Made by a program: the position numbers and the translations under genes. Positions 8,729 through 18,639 of a stretch of DNA of 64,000 nucleotides are shown in pieces. Source of the stretch: an uncultured Candidatus Saccharibacteria bacterium (GTDB taxonomy: Bacteria > Patescibacteriota > Dojkabacteria > J137); contig CAZSKK010000001.1 in the NCBI GenBank assembly GCA_964607415.1, forward strand, positions 4,190-68,189. The letters are read 5' to 3'. Positions within the stretch are counted from its first letter, which is position 1, and the number at the start of each line of letters is the position of its first letter. Under the pieces are notes generated by a model, which was not told where the DNA came from, did no database searches, and saw only the letters and a list, made by a program, of their open reading frames with translations.

Positions 8729-8821
8729 GTGATAAAATAGTCTAGATGCTAAACACCTTAAAGTATCAAAATCCGTTATTCTTCTTGTACTTTAATTCAC
8801 ACTATCTAGTGCTAAATAATT

Positions 8822-9196
8822 TTGCTTTTTACTTTTTACATTTTTAATATGGAGTTTATTTTTGCTGCTCCTAATGTAAGTAAGCCAACCGCCGATACTT
8901 TTGAAGAATATTCTATAAAAAAACTAAGTAAGTTGAAGAAATTTTTAAGGGAAAAGAAAGATGCAAAGCATGAAGTTAGAATGTCTATTTCCAAACAAGG
9001 GGATGAGTTTGAGATTATGGCAGAACTTTTTAATAGTGAGCATATTGTTGTTAAAACTAAGAATAGAGCTATAAAACCTGGTATTGATTATATTTACGAT
9101 CAAATGAAAAGGAAACTCACGGAAGGCAAAGAAAGGAGGGTTGATTTAGCTCGAGTTAGAAGAAGATTTAAAGATGCATTTCCCAAATATTCATAA
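8822..9196 (+). CDS. hpf: Ribosome hibernation-promoting factor / RaiA (YfiA/HPF family). The likely start is MEFIF at about 8849.
   Basis: Resembles the HPF pattern (EEY..KKLSKL.K....HEVRMSI...GDEFEIMAELF..HIVVK....AIK.GIDYIYDQMKRKL). Confidence 0.55.
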   Translation: MLFTFYIFNMEFIFAAPNVSKPTADTFEEYSIKKLSKLKKFLREKKDAKHEVRMSISKQGDEFEIMAELFNSEHIVVKTKNRAIKPGIDYIYDQMKRKLTEGKERRVDLARVRRRFKDAFPKYS

Positions 9197-9287
9197 GGGA
9201 TATATTGATTTTAAACAAAATTTCAATTACACTTAACACATCAATCTCGAGTATAGATCGAGGATTTAATTTTTTATAAGTTTATTT

Positions 9288-9620
9288 ATGCGAAACATAG
9301 TTTCAAAAGTATATGCAACAAGTGTTGTTTCAGTAGCGCTTTTTGCATTAACAGCAGGTCTTAACGTAGTTTCTGCTGCATCTAATAGTGATGATGCTGC
9401 TGGATTCTTCTTTTTTATGCTTTATTGCATGGCATGTCTTTGTGGTTTAGCAATAGGATTAATAATTCCATTCTTTGTTTATAAAGATGCTGTAAAAAAT
9501 GAAGTTGAAAACCCAATCCTTTGGGCAGTTGTAACATTCTTTTTTACAATTCCAGGACTCTTGATTTACCTTTTGGCTATCAGACCAGATGCAGTAAAGA
9601 AGAAAGAAGGTGTTAAATAA
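9288..9620 (+). CDS. Small hypothetical membrane protein.
   Basis: ORF with two or three hydrophobic helices. Confidence 0.35.
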   Translation: MRNIVSKVYATSVVSVALFALTAGLNVVSAASNSDDAAGFFFFMLYCMACLCGLAIGLIIPFFVYKDAVKNEVENPILWAVVTFFFTIPGLLIYLLAIRPDAVKKKEGVK

Positions 9621-9666
9621 GGTAGAGAGGTGAAGAGGTAGAGAGCAATAGAGAAAAATGAAAACT

Positions 9667-9694
9667 GAAGCCGCGACATTGACGTCGCGGCTTC
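9667..9694. terminator. GC-rich palindromic hairpin GAAGCCGCGAC-attgac-GTCGCGGCTTC with no U-tract. A near-identical hairpin lies at 18585-18612.
   Basis: Perfect 11-bp stem at the 3' end of the 9288-9620 gene. The same stem sequence follows glyQS. Confidence 0.45.
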
Positions 9695-9768
9695 TTCATA
9701 ATAATCGTACATTAACCTTCCGTTTTGCCGATATTTTTCCTATAATGCTTTTGTATTAATTATAGCTT

Positions 9769-10281
9769 ATGCACCCTAGAAAAACTCTTTTGGTATTAAA
9801 TTCCATTCAACTCATATTTTTTGCAGCATTTACACTTTTTGTATTTTTACTTCCTTCAAACCAGGAAAGAATTTCTTCTCAGTTTGATAATTTCGATCTT
9901 TTTTATAAATTTGTTTTTAAAGGTGCTGTAGGTTTTTTAACATCTGAATATGTGAGTTTAGGGACAGTGTTATTTATTTTGACATTATTATCATTAATTT
10001 CTCTTCTTATTGTTCACGGAAATTTTAGGAAAGTATATGTATTCTCCTTACTGTATTACTTTCTAATAATCATTATTTTCCCTGTTGGGACAATATTGGG
10101 TTTATTGAGTTTGTTTCTTCTGTATGTTCTGTATGAGGATTATAAGCCTTTGGGTAAAGCACCAGCAAATCTAATTACAAATTTAGATGCTAAGATTGAA
10201 ACAACAAGAAAACCTGTAGAGCCTACACATAGAAAAATTATGAAGGAAACAAAACTTCTAGTAGAAGACAACGCCACCTAA
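9769..10281 (+). CDS. Hypothetical polytopic membrane protein.
   Basis: ORF. Hydrophobic. Confidence 0.35.
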   Translation: MHPRKTLLVLNSIQLIFFAAFTLFVFLLPSNQERISSQFDNFDLFYKFVFKGAVGFLTSEYVSLGTVLFILTLLSLISLLIVHGNFRKVYVFSLLYYFLIIIIFPVGTILGLLSLFLLYVLYEDYKPLGKAPANLITNLDAKIETTRKPVEPTHRKIMKETKLLVEDNAT

Positions 10282-11400
10282 TCCATATTCAGCTATTAAT
10301 TTAACGGCTTTTTCTATTTTTTCAGATTTAGGGAATACTATAATCTTTTTGTCTAGCTCAACAAAGTTCTCATTATCAATCGCTTGTATTGGTGTAATTT
10401 CCTCGAACTCTGATTTAATTTTTAAATCGATAATCTGTTTTTCTGTTAGTATATAATTGTCGGGATTCTTTAGTGCAATTTCTCTTTTTTCCCAGATATA
10501 TGCTTTAGTATTAACACTAATAAAGATTTTTTCTCTAGGTAAATCTTTTGAAATGTAATATTGTAAAACTTTTTCATACCATTCATCTGGAGCAATGGGG
10601 CCAGGCAGAATGCTATTTGGAGTTGTATACCCAAACCCTTCAATATGGATCTCATCTGCATAAATTGCAACAAGATTTAAAGCTAAATCGACCTTATAAC
10701 TGGGATCAAAGTTCTTGTAATCAGAGTAATCCACAAAATCACCCCATTTAGTAGGTAGTTGAACAGATAGTTGTATGTTTCTGGATTTTAACAAATCGCT
10801 TAAACTTGTAATTATTTCGTTGTAATTTGTTGTTAAAAATGATGTATCTAAGTGAATTTTTTGAATTGTGCTATTTTTTGTGAGTATATCAATATTGCTA
10901 AGGAATTGATCTTTATTTAAAGATTGCGATTCTACTTGTGGTTTAAAGGTTAGATAAATTGTAATAACATTTTTATCAATTGTATTTATAACTCCATCAT
11001 CTTTTATAACTATATTCTCTGATTTTTCTATTTCAGCTGAAAGGTTAAGTTTATCTGCTTCGGCCTTTGAGCCAGAGTCTAAGGCTAACACTTTGAGATC
11101 AGTTAAGCTTATGGGATCCTTTTTTGTATTGTTCAAATTTTCCGCTTCAATTTGTTCTTTGGATTCTGTAGGGGTATCAATTTCAACAATTTTTAAAATA
11201 GTTCTAGTATTAGAAAAATAGATATATGTTTTGTACAAGATAACTCCACTCAAAAGTCCAAGTATGCAAAAAAGAATAAAGGATGTGAAAAACCAAAGTA
11301 ACTTTTTTAATTTAGAACTTTTATTAGGGGCTGACTTTGATTTAGTAAACTCCTCGTTCTCTGAATAAGTTACGTCTAATGTTTTTACATTTTGGAGCAT
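10258..11400 (-). CDS. Hypothetical membrane-anchored protein (380 aa).
   Basis: ORF with an N-terminal TM segment after a K-rich leader. Confidence 0.4.
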   Translation of the reverse strand: MLQNVKTLDVTYSENEEFTKSKSAPNKSSKLKKLLWFFTSFILFCILGLLSGVILYKTYIYFSNTRTILKIVEIDTPTESKEQIEAENLNNTKKDPISLTDLKVLALDSGSKAEADKLNLSAEIEKSENIVIKDDGVINTIDKNVITIYLTFKPQVESQSLNKDQFLSNIDILTKNSTIQKIHLDTSFLTTNYNEIITSLSDLLKSRNIQLSVQLPTKWGDFVDYSDYKNFDPSYKVDLALNLVAIYADEIHIEGFGYTTPNSILPGPIAPDEWYEKVLQYYISKDLPREKIFISVNTKAYIWEKREIALKNPDNYILTEKQIIDLKIKSEFEEITPIQAIDNENFVELDKKIIVFPKSEKIEKAVKLIAEYGLGGVVFY

Positions 11401-11798
11401 TAGTTTTTTGAATCTAAAATTAAATTTACTAACCGATCGGCAAATTTATTTTGAGCTCTAGGTACATGAATAAATCTTATGGATTCAAACATGTTTTTTT
11501 GACTAACAACTTCGTCGAACAATGGCTTTATGTCAGGGCTCGAAACCTTGTACTCGCCGTTTAATTGTTTAACAACAAGTTCACTGTCCAAAAAACATTC
11601 TACCTTAAGAATCTTAGCTTTAAGAAGTGATTTTAAACCAAGAATTAAACCTGTATATTCTGCAAAGTTATTTGTTGCTGTATTTAAATGTTGACCTCCA
11701 AAATCAACAAGTGTATTGTTTTGATCAAATACTAAATATGCACTTGCTGCACTTCCTGGATTCCCTCTGGATCCTCCGTCTGTAAATAGTTTGAACAT
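11400..11798 (-). CDS. rnhA: Ribonuclease HI.
   Basis: N-terminal FTDGGSRGNPGSAASAYLV, the RNase H catalytic signature. Confidence 0.85.
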   Translation of the reverse strand: MFKLFTDGGSRGNPGSAASAYLVFDQNNTLVDFGGQHLNTATNNFAEYTGLILGLKSLLKAKILKVECFLDSELVVKQLNGEYKVSSPDIKPLFDEVVSQKNMFESIRFIHVPRAQNKFADRLVNLILDSKN

Positions 11799-11877
11799 AT
11801 AATTAAGTTTTAAACAATAAGTTTTAAGTTCTAAGTTTGTTAATAGCTAATAGCTTATAGTCATTAGCTTAGACCAT

Positions 11878-12045
11878 ATGCCTCTCCTTTAGGACGAGAA
11901 TGCATATTATGCATTCGAGTGCAGCTAATAACTAGCTTCACTCGACAGCACAACGTGCTGTCTCGGGGTGAGGTAAAAATAAAAGTTAAATTTGTCCAGC
12001 TAACCCCTCACCCTGCCCTCTCCCAGAGGGAGAGGGGGAATAGCA
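11878..12045. repeat. GC-rich palindromic intergenic repeat (family 1), copy c.
   Basis: GAATGCATATTATGCATTCGAGTGCAGC + CTCGACAGCACAACGTGCTGTCTCGGGGTGAGGT + CCCCTCACCCTGCCCTCTCCCAGAGGGAGAGGGGG. Confidence 0.5.
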
Positions 12046-12058
12046 AAAATTGCTTGCA

Positions 12059-12721
12059 TTATAGTTGACTCATAAAATACGTAATATTGCTAATCCATTT
12101 AGGTTTGTCTGTGTCAGGTCCTCCGTATGTGCTAATTACGCATGTTAAATCATTATTACACGGTTTTAAGAACTCTTTAGAGATTTTACACGATATTTGG
12201 TTTACTGCATCTTCCCAATTTGCATATTGTACACCATCCAGGTATCCAAAAGGGTTGTAAAGTTTATACGGTATTCTTCCAAAGCCTGATTCATTCCCAG
12301 CAATTGCGACAATAATTTTGTAGTCACCACCACATTCCGTTGCCCTATTAATTATTAACTTTCCAAGCCCTGACATTGGAGAATTGTATCGGCTAAAAAG
12401 GGCTTCAATTTTTGCTGCCTTTTCCTCTAAGACTCTTTCTTCAATTTCACTGATTTTCTGAAATCTTTTGGTTTCTATCTCTTGCTCTATTTCAGGGATG
12501 ATTATTGGCTTTGCTTCCTCTAGTTCTGTCTGAATAAAGTAAGAAGTTTTCGGCTCTTGTTTCAAACTCTCTTTTATAAGGTTTGTTAAGTAATACATAA
12601 CAATTACAGAAGGAACAGTTATCAGAATGGTTAGTGAAGAGGATAAACTAATCTCGAAAAACGTTCTTAAACCTTCTTTTGTTACAAAGCCAAAAATTTT
12701 GGGCGCACTTAAATCGTCCAT
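12059..12721 (-). CDS. Hypothetical membrane-anchored protein, possibly with a lysozyme-like/transglycosylase fold.
   Basis: ORF. AIAGNESGFG resembles the lytic-transglycosylase ES motif. Weak. Confidence 0.3.
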   Translation of the reverse strand: MDDLSAPKIFGFVTKEGLRTFFEISLSSSLTILITVPSVIVMYYLTNLIKESLKQEPKTSYFIQTELEEAKPIIIPEIEQEIETKRFQKISEIEERVLEEKAAKIEALFSRYNSPMSGLGKLIINRATECGGDYKIIVAIAGNESGFGRIPYKLYNPFGYLDGVQYANWEDAVNQISCKISKEFLKPCNNDLTCVISTYGGPDTDKPKWISNITYFMSQL

Positions 12722-12817
12722 AAAAAGCTGTTCTGAAATTAGCTAAAACATGTAAACTGAGTTCACAATTTAAAAACTATATAATTTTCATTCAACGAAT
12801 TGAAAATTATTCACATT

Positions 12818-14029
12818 TTACAGCTTTTTGGATTTTTGTTCACCTTTTAGAACTTCTAGAACTTTGAAGCTTCCTCCACTTAAGAATTGAAGCATCATAC
12901 CTCCTCCCATAGAAATATGATTAAATCGTGAAGTTTTTATTTTTAACTTTTGAATCGCTGAAATTGTGTCTCCTCCGCCTGCAACCTTAAAAGATTCTTT
13001 TGGAGCAATATTAATAATAGCGTTACCTACTGCTTTAGTTCCTTCACTAAATGATTCAATTTCAAAAATACCCATTGGCCCATTCCATAGTATTGATTGT
13101 GCTTGGGACAGTTCTTTTTCAAATAGTTCAATTGTTTTTGGACCTATGTCTACACCAATGTTTTTTCCTTTAATTTTTGAGTCAGGTGTTACTTCTATAT
13201 CAGATTCTGCATCAATTTCTTTAACAGTAATATGATCAATAGGAAGGACAATTTCTGATTTATCTTTTGCTTTTTTTAAAATCTCTTTGGCAATTTTAAC
13301 TGAATTTCTATCAATTTTGGATTTACCAATATCTATTCCTTTTGCACTTAAAAAGCTATAGGCCATAGCGCCACCAATTAGAAATTTATCTACTTTCCCA
13401 AGTAAAGTTTCCATTATTGGCACTTTGGAATCAATCTTTGCCCCACCAATCACAGCAATAAAAGGTTTAGCTGGCTTATTCAGTGATGAAAGTTTTTCTA
13501 CTTCATCAGAAAGTGCAAAACCCGCAACACTTGGCATTAGTTTGGCAATTTCATATGTAGATGCGTTCTCTTTATAAACACCAAAACAGTCATTTACGTA
13601 TAAATTTGCAAGGCTAGCTAGTTTTCTAATAAACTCTAATCTTTCTACCGGATCTTTACTTTCTTCTTTTGGATCAAATCTTAAATTTTCGAGCATTAAA
13701 ATCTCGCCAGCACTCATAAATTTAATTGAGTTTTCACAGGAGTTAATATTTGCAAACTTAACTTGTTTACCAAGAAGTTTACCCAATTCAAATCTTACAG
13801 GTATTAAGGAAAGCTCATCCACATATTTCCCTTCGGGTCTACCTAAATGGCCAATTACAATTACTTTGCAATTATTGTCGGATAAAAATTTTATTGTTGG
13901 GATTGATGCTTTTAGTCTTGAAGCGTCTGTAATTACACCGTTTTCTATAGGTACATCCAGGTTGGATCTAACTATTACAATCTTATTTTTAATTTTAAGA
14001 TCAGAAAGTTTTCTTAATGCATTTGACAT
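12818..14029 (-). CDS. pgk: Phosphoglycerate kinase.
   Basis: 403 aa with full-length PGK similarity (N-terminal RSNLDVP, C-terminal GGGDT-like region). Confidence 0.9.
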   Translation of the reverse strand: MSNALRKLSDLKIKNKIVIVRSNLDVPIENGVITDASRLKASIPTIKFLSDNNCKVIVIGHLGRPEGKYVDELSLIPVRFELGKLLGKQVKFANINSCENSIKFMSAGEILMLENLRFDPKEESKDPVERLEFIRKLASLANLYVNDCFGVYKENASTYEIAKLMPSVAGFALSDEVEKLSSLNKPAKPFIAVIGGAKIDSKVPIMETLLGKVDKFLIGGAMAYSFLSAKGIDIGKSKIDRNSVKIAKEILKKAKDKSEIVLPIDHITVKEIDAESDIEVTPDSKIKGKNIGVDIGPKTIELFEKELSQAQSILWNGPMGIFEIESFSEGTKAVGNAIINIAPKESFKVAGGGDTISAIQKLKIKTSRFNHISMGGGMMLQFLSGGSFKVLEVLKGEQKSKKL

Positions 14030-14210
14030 GTTTTATTATAGCATTTTTTGCCAGTTTTGAGAAACACAATAATATTATTAGATATTTGAAAATGAAGAGG
14101 AAATATATATGATAGTTATATAAAAATAACTAATGACGAATAACTAATAACGAATGAAATTCAAATGAAAAATCACCAAACTTGAAATTTGGAGGTTAAT
14201 TCATAATTCT

Positions 14211-15572
14211 TCATTCTTTAGTAATTTTGCCCTTTCCAACGTAATCTTGAAGAACTTTAGGAACTAGTATGCTACCGTCTGCTTGCTGGTAATGCTCTAA
14301 AATGGCTATAAGAATTCTATGAGTAATCCCAGTATCGTTTAGGGTATAGGCATATTTGCTTTGTCCATTTTCATCTTTGTATTTTATATTCAATCTTCTA
14401 GTTTGATAGTCAGTTGTAATACTGTTAGACATTATTTCTGTATAAGAATTTTGACTTGGAGTCCAAAATTCAATATCGTATTTTTTTGCAGCAGCATAGT
14501 AGCCAAGATCGCCTATGCACATGTTAATTACATGATAAGGAATTTCCAGCTCTTGTAATAGCCACTCGTTAAGTGATAAAAGATATTCCTGAGCTTTTCT
14601 TGCTTTATCTAAATCAGCTTCGATTATTAAATTCATTTCTAGCTTATCGAACTGGTGAGTTCTTTTAATTCCTCTTACATCTTTGCCCCAGCTTCCAACT
14701 TCACTTCTAAAACAAGGTGTTTGAGCCATTACTTTAATCATATCTTTAGATAAATCTAAAGTTTTGTCCATAAAATATGCAAAGTTTGCAGGTTCAGATG
14801 AACCAATTAAATAAAGACTGTTTTCATCTTCTAAATACTTTGATTCAAGTTTATACACCTGATCTGCGTCTCCAGGGAAGTGACTACTTCCATACAATGC
14901 TTTCTCTCGAACAAGTACCGGCACAATCATAGGCTCGAATCCTTCCTTGATTAGCTTCTTCATTAAGTGGTTAAAGATAGCATAGATTAATAAAACTCCA
15001 TCACCTTTAATGTAATAAAATCTACTCCCAGAGGTTTTAGCACCGGCATCTAGGTCTATAATGTCTAGCTCAGTTCCTATCTCCCAATGTGGCTTGGGAC
15101 TAAAATCTGAATCTGCATGGAAACCTGTTTTAGGCATAAATTGACCACTATACTCTTCTTTACCTAGTTTATCGCTGCTTAGATATCCAGCTTTTGGTGT
15201 CCATGCTTTAATTTCAACATTATCGGAACTATTTTTACCCATTGGAACTTCATCCAAAGGTACGTTTGGAATCCAATCAATAATTGTTTTCCACTCTGCT
15301 TCTATTACCTCAAGCTCTTTTTCAATTACATCAATTTCTTCTTTTAAAGCTTTGACTTTGTCGATTGTTGCTTGATCTGGTTTTCCTTTTAACCCTTGGC
15401 TTAATTGGTTTCGTATCTCTCTTTTTTCATCCCGTTTTGATATCAAATTACTTCGTATAGAATCTAGTTCAATGAACCTATCTACGTTTACCTTTGAAGA
15501 ATCTGCTCGCCCAATTTTAATAAGCTCTCTAATTTTTTCTGGATTTTTTCTAATGTAGTTTGGGTCAAGCAT
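14211..15572 (-). CDS. serS: Seryl-tRNA synthetase.
   Basis: N-terminal coiled-coil arm plus the class II catalytic core (FRSEVGS...GIKRTHQFDKLE). Confidence 0.9.
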   Translation of the reverse strand: MLDPNYIRKNPEKIRELIKIGRADSSKVNVDRFIELDSIRSNLISKRDEKREIRNQLSQGLKGKPDQATIDKVKALKEEIDVIEKELEVIEAEWKTIIDWIPNVPLDEVPMGKNSSDNVEIKAWTPKAGYLSSDKLGKEEYSGQFMPKTGFHADSDFSPKPHWEIGTELDIIDLDAGAKTSGSRFYYIKGDGVLLIYAIFNHLMKKLIKEGFEPMIVPVLVREKALYGSSHFPGDADQVYKLESKYLEDENSLYLIGSSEPANFAYFMDKTLDLSKDMIKVMAQTPCFRSEVGSWGKDVRGIKRTHQFDKLEMNLIIEADLDKARKAQEYLLSLNEWLLQELEIPYHVINMCIGDLGYYAAAKKYDIEFWTPSQNSYTEIMSNSITTDYQTRRLNIKYKDENGQSKYAYTLNDTGITHRILIAILEHYQQADGSILVPKVLQDYVGKGKITKE

Positions 15573-15702
15573 ATTTATTAGTAGTAAGTATTAAGTTATA
15601 GGACCGGAACATAGCTTATAGCGTATTGTGTTTGGCGTATAGCGTACTAAGCTAATATGGCTAATTTTAGAACTAATCAACTAAATTTACAATCACTTTA
15701 TT

Positions 15703-16848
15703 CTAACTTTCTTCATCTGCAAGCATTCCTAGTCGTTCTGCCGTTTTTCCCCTTAAAAATTTTGCAATTTTTTGCATATCTTCGCCTCGATTTTGTGAAA
15801 TCTTTTTTAGAAAACTACCTGTAGCGTAAGGATCGTATAGTAAACAGTTCTCAAAAAATCTTACCAATCCAGAAATATGCACAACAACTGTGTCTTTTTT
15901 ATAGCCAGATTTTTCAGCAAGTACTTTTGAAGTATACTGATACGAGTTTTGAGTAGCAATTATTTTTGCTAGCTCCTCAAATAGCACAGGAATTGATCCT
16001 TTGACAGCGAGTTGAGTTAAGTAAATATCAGCTTCAGGGGGTCTAAAGTCACGAGGTCTATTTTGTAAAATTGCATCGTATATGGCAATGTTCTTTAATC
16101 CCTCTCTTACGTCTTTTAAATCAAATATTGCACTTTCAGAGCGTAGCACTTCTAATGCACTATCAATTATAAATCCATTAATATATTCTTTATGTTTATC
16201 AAGGTAGTCTGTAAAAAGCATTGCTCTAGCTAATTTTCTGCCAATTTTCGGAGCATACTGACCCCTTGCAAAAGATTTTAAAAAATCGTGTGATAGATTC
16301 CTAATTGCAACTGTCATAGTTTCGTTTGAGAAATCTGATCGAGTGAGTTTTTTTGCTATTGTTGAAGGATTAATGCCATCCGATAACAGTTCGAGTAGAT
16401 TTCTATAGTGAGGGTTTCTTTGTAGCAAATGAAAAATTGGACTATCTGGCTTGAGCCAATCTTTGATTTTTGGAAAATGCTTAAATCTTTCCTTAATTTC
16501 TGTATGCCCCGCGATTTCTTCAAGTCCAAACTTTTCAAGCTCTTTTGGAGTCATTACGGCTATAGCTGCTTTAGCGCACATTCTTAAACATTTTTTTTTC
16601 TGCTCAAAAGTAAAGTCAACACCAAATTGTTTACGAATTTCTTTATTTGTAAATCCGCCAACAGAATATTTGGCAATAATTATAATCTCACGAACTGAAA
16701 GGTTTGGCTTTGATTTGGAGTACTCTTCTGCAAACTGTAAGTACCTTTCTGCTTCGTTCCACTTATTTAAAGATGCAAATTTTAATAAAATTTCATTGTA
16801 AAGGTTACTTTGTAAACCCTCTTCCTGTGCTAATGGTTGATCATTCAT
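15703..16848 (-). CDS. Hypothetical protein (381 aa).
   Basis: ORF. No recognised domain. Confidence 0.35.
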   Translation of the reverse strand: MNDQPLAQEEGLQSNLYNEILLKFASLNKWNEAERYLQFAEEYSKSKPNLSVREIIIIAKYSVGGFTNKEIRKQFGVDFTFEQKKKCLRMCAKAAIAVMTPKELEKFGLEEIAGHTEIKERFKHFPKIKDWLKPDSPIFHLLQRNPHYRNLLELLSDGINPSTIAKKLTRSDFSNETMTVAIRNLSHDFLKSFARGQYAPKIGRKLARAMLFTDYLDKHKEYINGFIIDSALEVLRSESAIFDLKDVREGLKNIAIYDAILQNRPRDFRPPEADIYLTQLAVKGSIPVLFEELAKIIATQNSYQYTSKVLAEKSGYKKDTVVVHISGLVRFFENCLLYDPYATGSFLKKISQNRGEDMQKIAKFLRGKTAERLGMLADEES

Positions 16849-16869
16849 AGATTAGCTGATAAAATTAAT

Positions 16870-17100
16870 TCATATGTGGCCCGGCAAGCCAGAATTTGTA
16901 ATAGTGTTATTTATCAATAGTAAAGTGAAACAATAGTACTGTGAGTGTAAAATTGGTTGATTTTAGCAAAATTTAATATCAAGTAGCTAGATTTGTATCT
17001 AGAATTAAGGTGGAACCGCGGTTCGAAGCTCACCACAAGCTCAAGCCGTCCTTAGAACATGATGATATATTGTGTTTTGAGGACGGCTTTTGGTGTTTTA
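16870..17100 (+). promoter_or_regulatory. T-box riboswitch leader (glycine-specific) upstream of glyQS. T-box sequence at 17003-17021, terminator at 17043-17100.
   Basis: AATTAAGGTGGAACCGCGG matches the T-box consensus (AGGGUGGNACCGCG). The UGGA would pair with tRNA-Gly NCCA, whose discriminator is U. A Rho-independent terminator follows: AAGCCGTCCT...AGGACGGCTT + TTGGTGTTTT. A GGC codon at about 16877 sits in the candidate specifier region. Confidence 0.7.
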
Positions 17101-17162
17101 AGGTTGAAAAGTTTTAACTTTGTAACGTTACAACTTTCTAACTTTTAAACTCTATACAAAAT

Positions 17163-18572
17163 ATGAAAAAATTAGAAAATCTCGACCAATTTAAAGCTTG
17201 GGCAAAGGAGAATGGATTTATTTATCCTTCATCGGAAATTTATGGTGGATTTGCTGCCGTATACGATTATGGACACTACGGAATTTTATTAAAGAATAAT
17301 ATTCAAAACGAATGGATAAAATCAATGATCCAAGATAGAACTGATGTTTTGCTTTTAGATTCTGGAATTTTTATGCATCCAAAAACATGGGTGGCATCTG
17401 GACACGTAGGTGGATTTGATGATGTATTAGTTGAAGACAAAAAAACTCATGCAAGGTATAGAGCAGATCATCTTATAGAAGAGTTCTTTGAGTCAAAAGG
17501 AGAAAAAGTCGATATGGATAAAAAAACTGCAAAAGAACTGGCTGAAATAATTAAAGAAAATAATATTAAATCTCCACAAGGGAATGATTTGACAGAGCCA
17601 AGACCTTTTAATCTTTTGGTTAAATCAAACATGGGAACAACTGATGCTTCTTTTACAGAGGATAATGTCACCTACCTTAGAGGAGAAACCTGCCAAGGAA
17701 TTTATCTTCAATATAAAAACTATCGTGATACGATGAGAGCAAAACTTCCTTTTGGAATTGCTCAGGTGGGAAAGGCATTCCGAAACGAAATTGTAGCTAG
17801 ACAATTTGTTTTTAGAACTCGTGAATTTGAACAAATGGAAATGCAATATTTTCATAAACCTGAAGATAAAGTTGAAAAGTTTGAAATGTGGAAAAACGAG
17901 CGAATGAATTGGCATGTTAATGCTCTTGGAATTAACCCTGAAAATTTAAGGTTCAAAAAGCATGAAAAGCTTATATTCTATGCAACTCAAGCATTTGATA
18001 TTGAATATAACTTTAAAACTCTTGGAGGATTTAAAGAACTGGAAGGAATTCACGATCGTGGGGATTACGATTTAACCCAGCATTCAAAATTCTCGGGAGA
18101 AAAACTTGATTATTTCGATCAGGAATCAAATACAAGATTTACGCCACATATTATGGAAACTTCTGTTGGTTTAAATAGACTTTTAATGATGGTTCTGGAA
18201 GAAGCATATTGTGAGGAAGAACTTACAAATGCAAAAGGAGAAAAAGATTCAAGAGTTGTTTTAAAGATAAAGAAAAACCTTGCACCAATTAAAGTTGCTG
18301 TTTTGCCTTTGTCTAAAAAACCTGAATTACAAGAAAAATCATTTGAAGTTCAGAATTTACTTAAAAATAAGTATATGACCCAATACGATGAAACTGCGTC
18401 AATAGGAAAAAGATATAGAAGACAGGATGAAATAGGAACTCCATATTGTATTACCGTTGATTTTGATACGTTAAACGATAATGCAGTAACTGTCAGAGAT
18501 CGAGACACAATGGCTCAGGAGAGAATAAAGATAAGTGAGCTTGAAGATTATTTACACGAAAAGTTTCAATAG
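17163..18572 (+). CDS. glyQS: Glycyl-tRNA synthetase, dimeric alpha2 type.
   Basis: 469 aa with class II GlyRS motifs (FRNE, GIHDRGDYDL) and a C-terminal anticodon-binding domain. Confidence 0.9.
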   Translation: MKKLENLDQFKAWAKENGFIYPSSEIYGGFAAVYDYGHYGILLKNNIQNEWIKSMIQDRTDVLLLDSGIFMHPKTWVASGHVGGFDDVLVEDKKTHARYRADHLIEEFFESKGEKVDMDKKTAKELAEIIKENNIKSPQGNDLTEPRPFNLLVKSNMGTTDASFTEDNVTYLRGETCQGIYLQYKNYRDTMRAKLPFGIAQVGKAFRNEIVARQFVFRTREFEQMEMQYFHKPEDKVEKFEMWKNERMNWHVNALGINPENLRFKKHEKLIFYATQAFDIEYNFKTLGGFKELEGIHDRGDYDLTQHSKFSGEKLDYFDQESNTRFTPHIMETSVGLNRLLMMVLEEAYCEEELTNAKGEKDSRVVLKIKKNLAPIKVAVLPLSKKPELQEKSFEVQNLLKNKYMTQYDETASIGKRYRRQDEIGTPYCITVDFDTLNDNAVTVRDRDTMAQERIKISELEDYLHEKFQ

Positions 18573-18584
18573 CCAATATGGTAT

Positions 18585-18612
18585 GAAGCCGCGACGTCGA
18601 CGTCGCGGCTTC
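18585..18612. terminator. Bidirectional GC-rich hairpin GAAGCCGCGACG-tcga-CGTCGCGGCTTC between convergent genes.
   Basis: Same stem as 9667-9694. No U-tract. Confidence 0.45.
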
Positions 18613-18639
18613 ATATATGACAATTCCTGCATGCCACCC

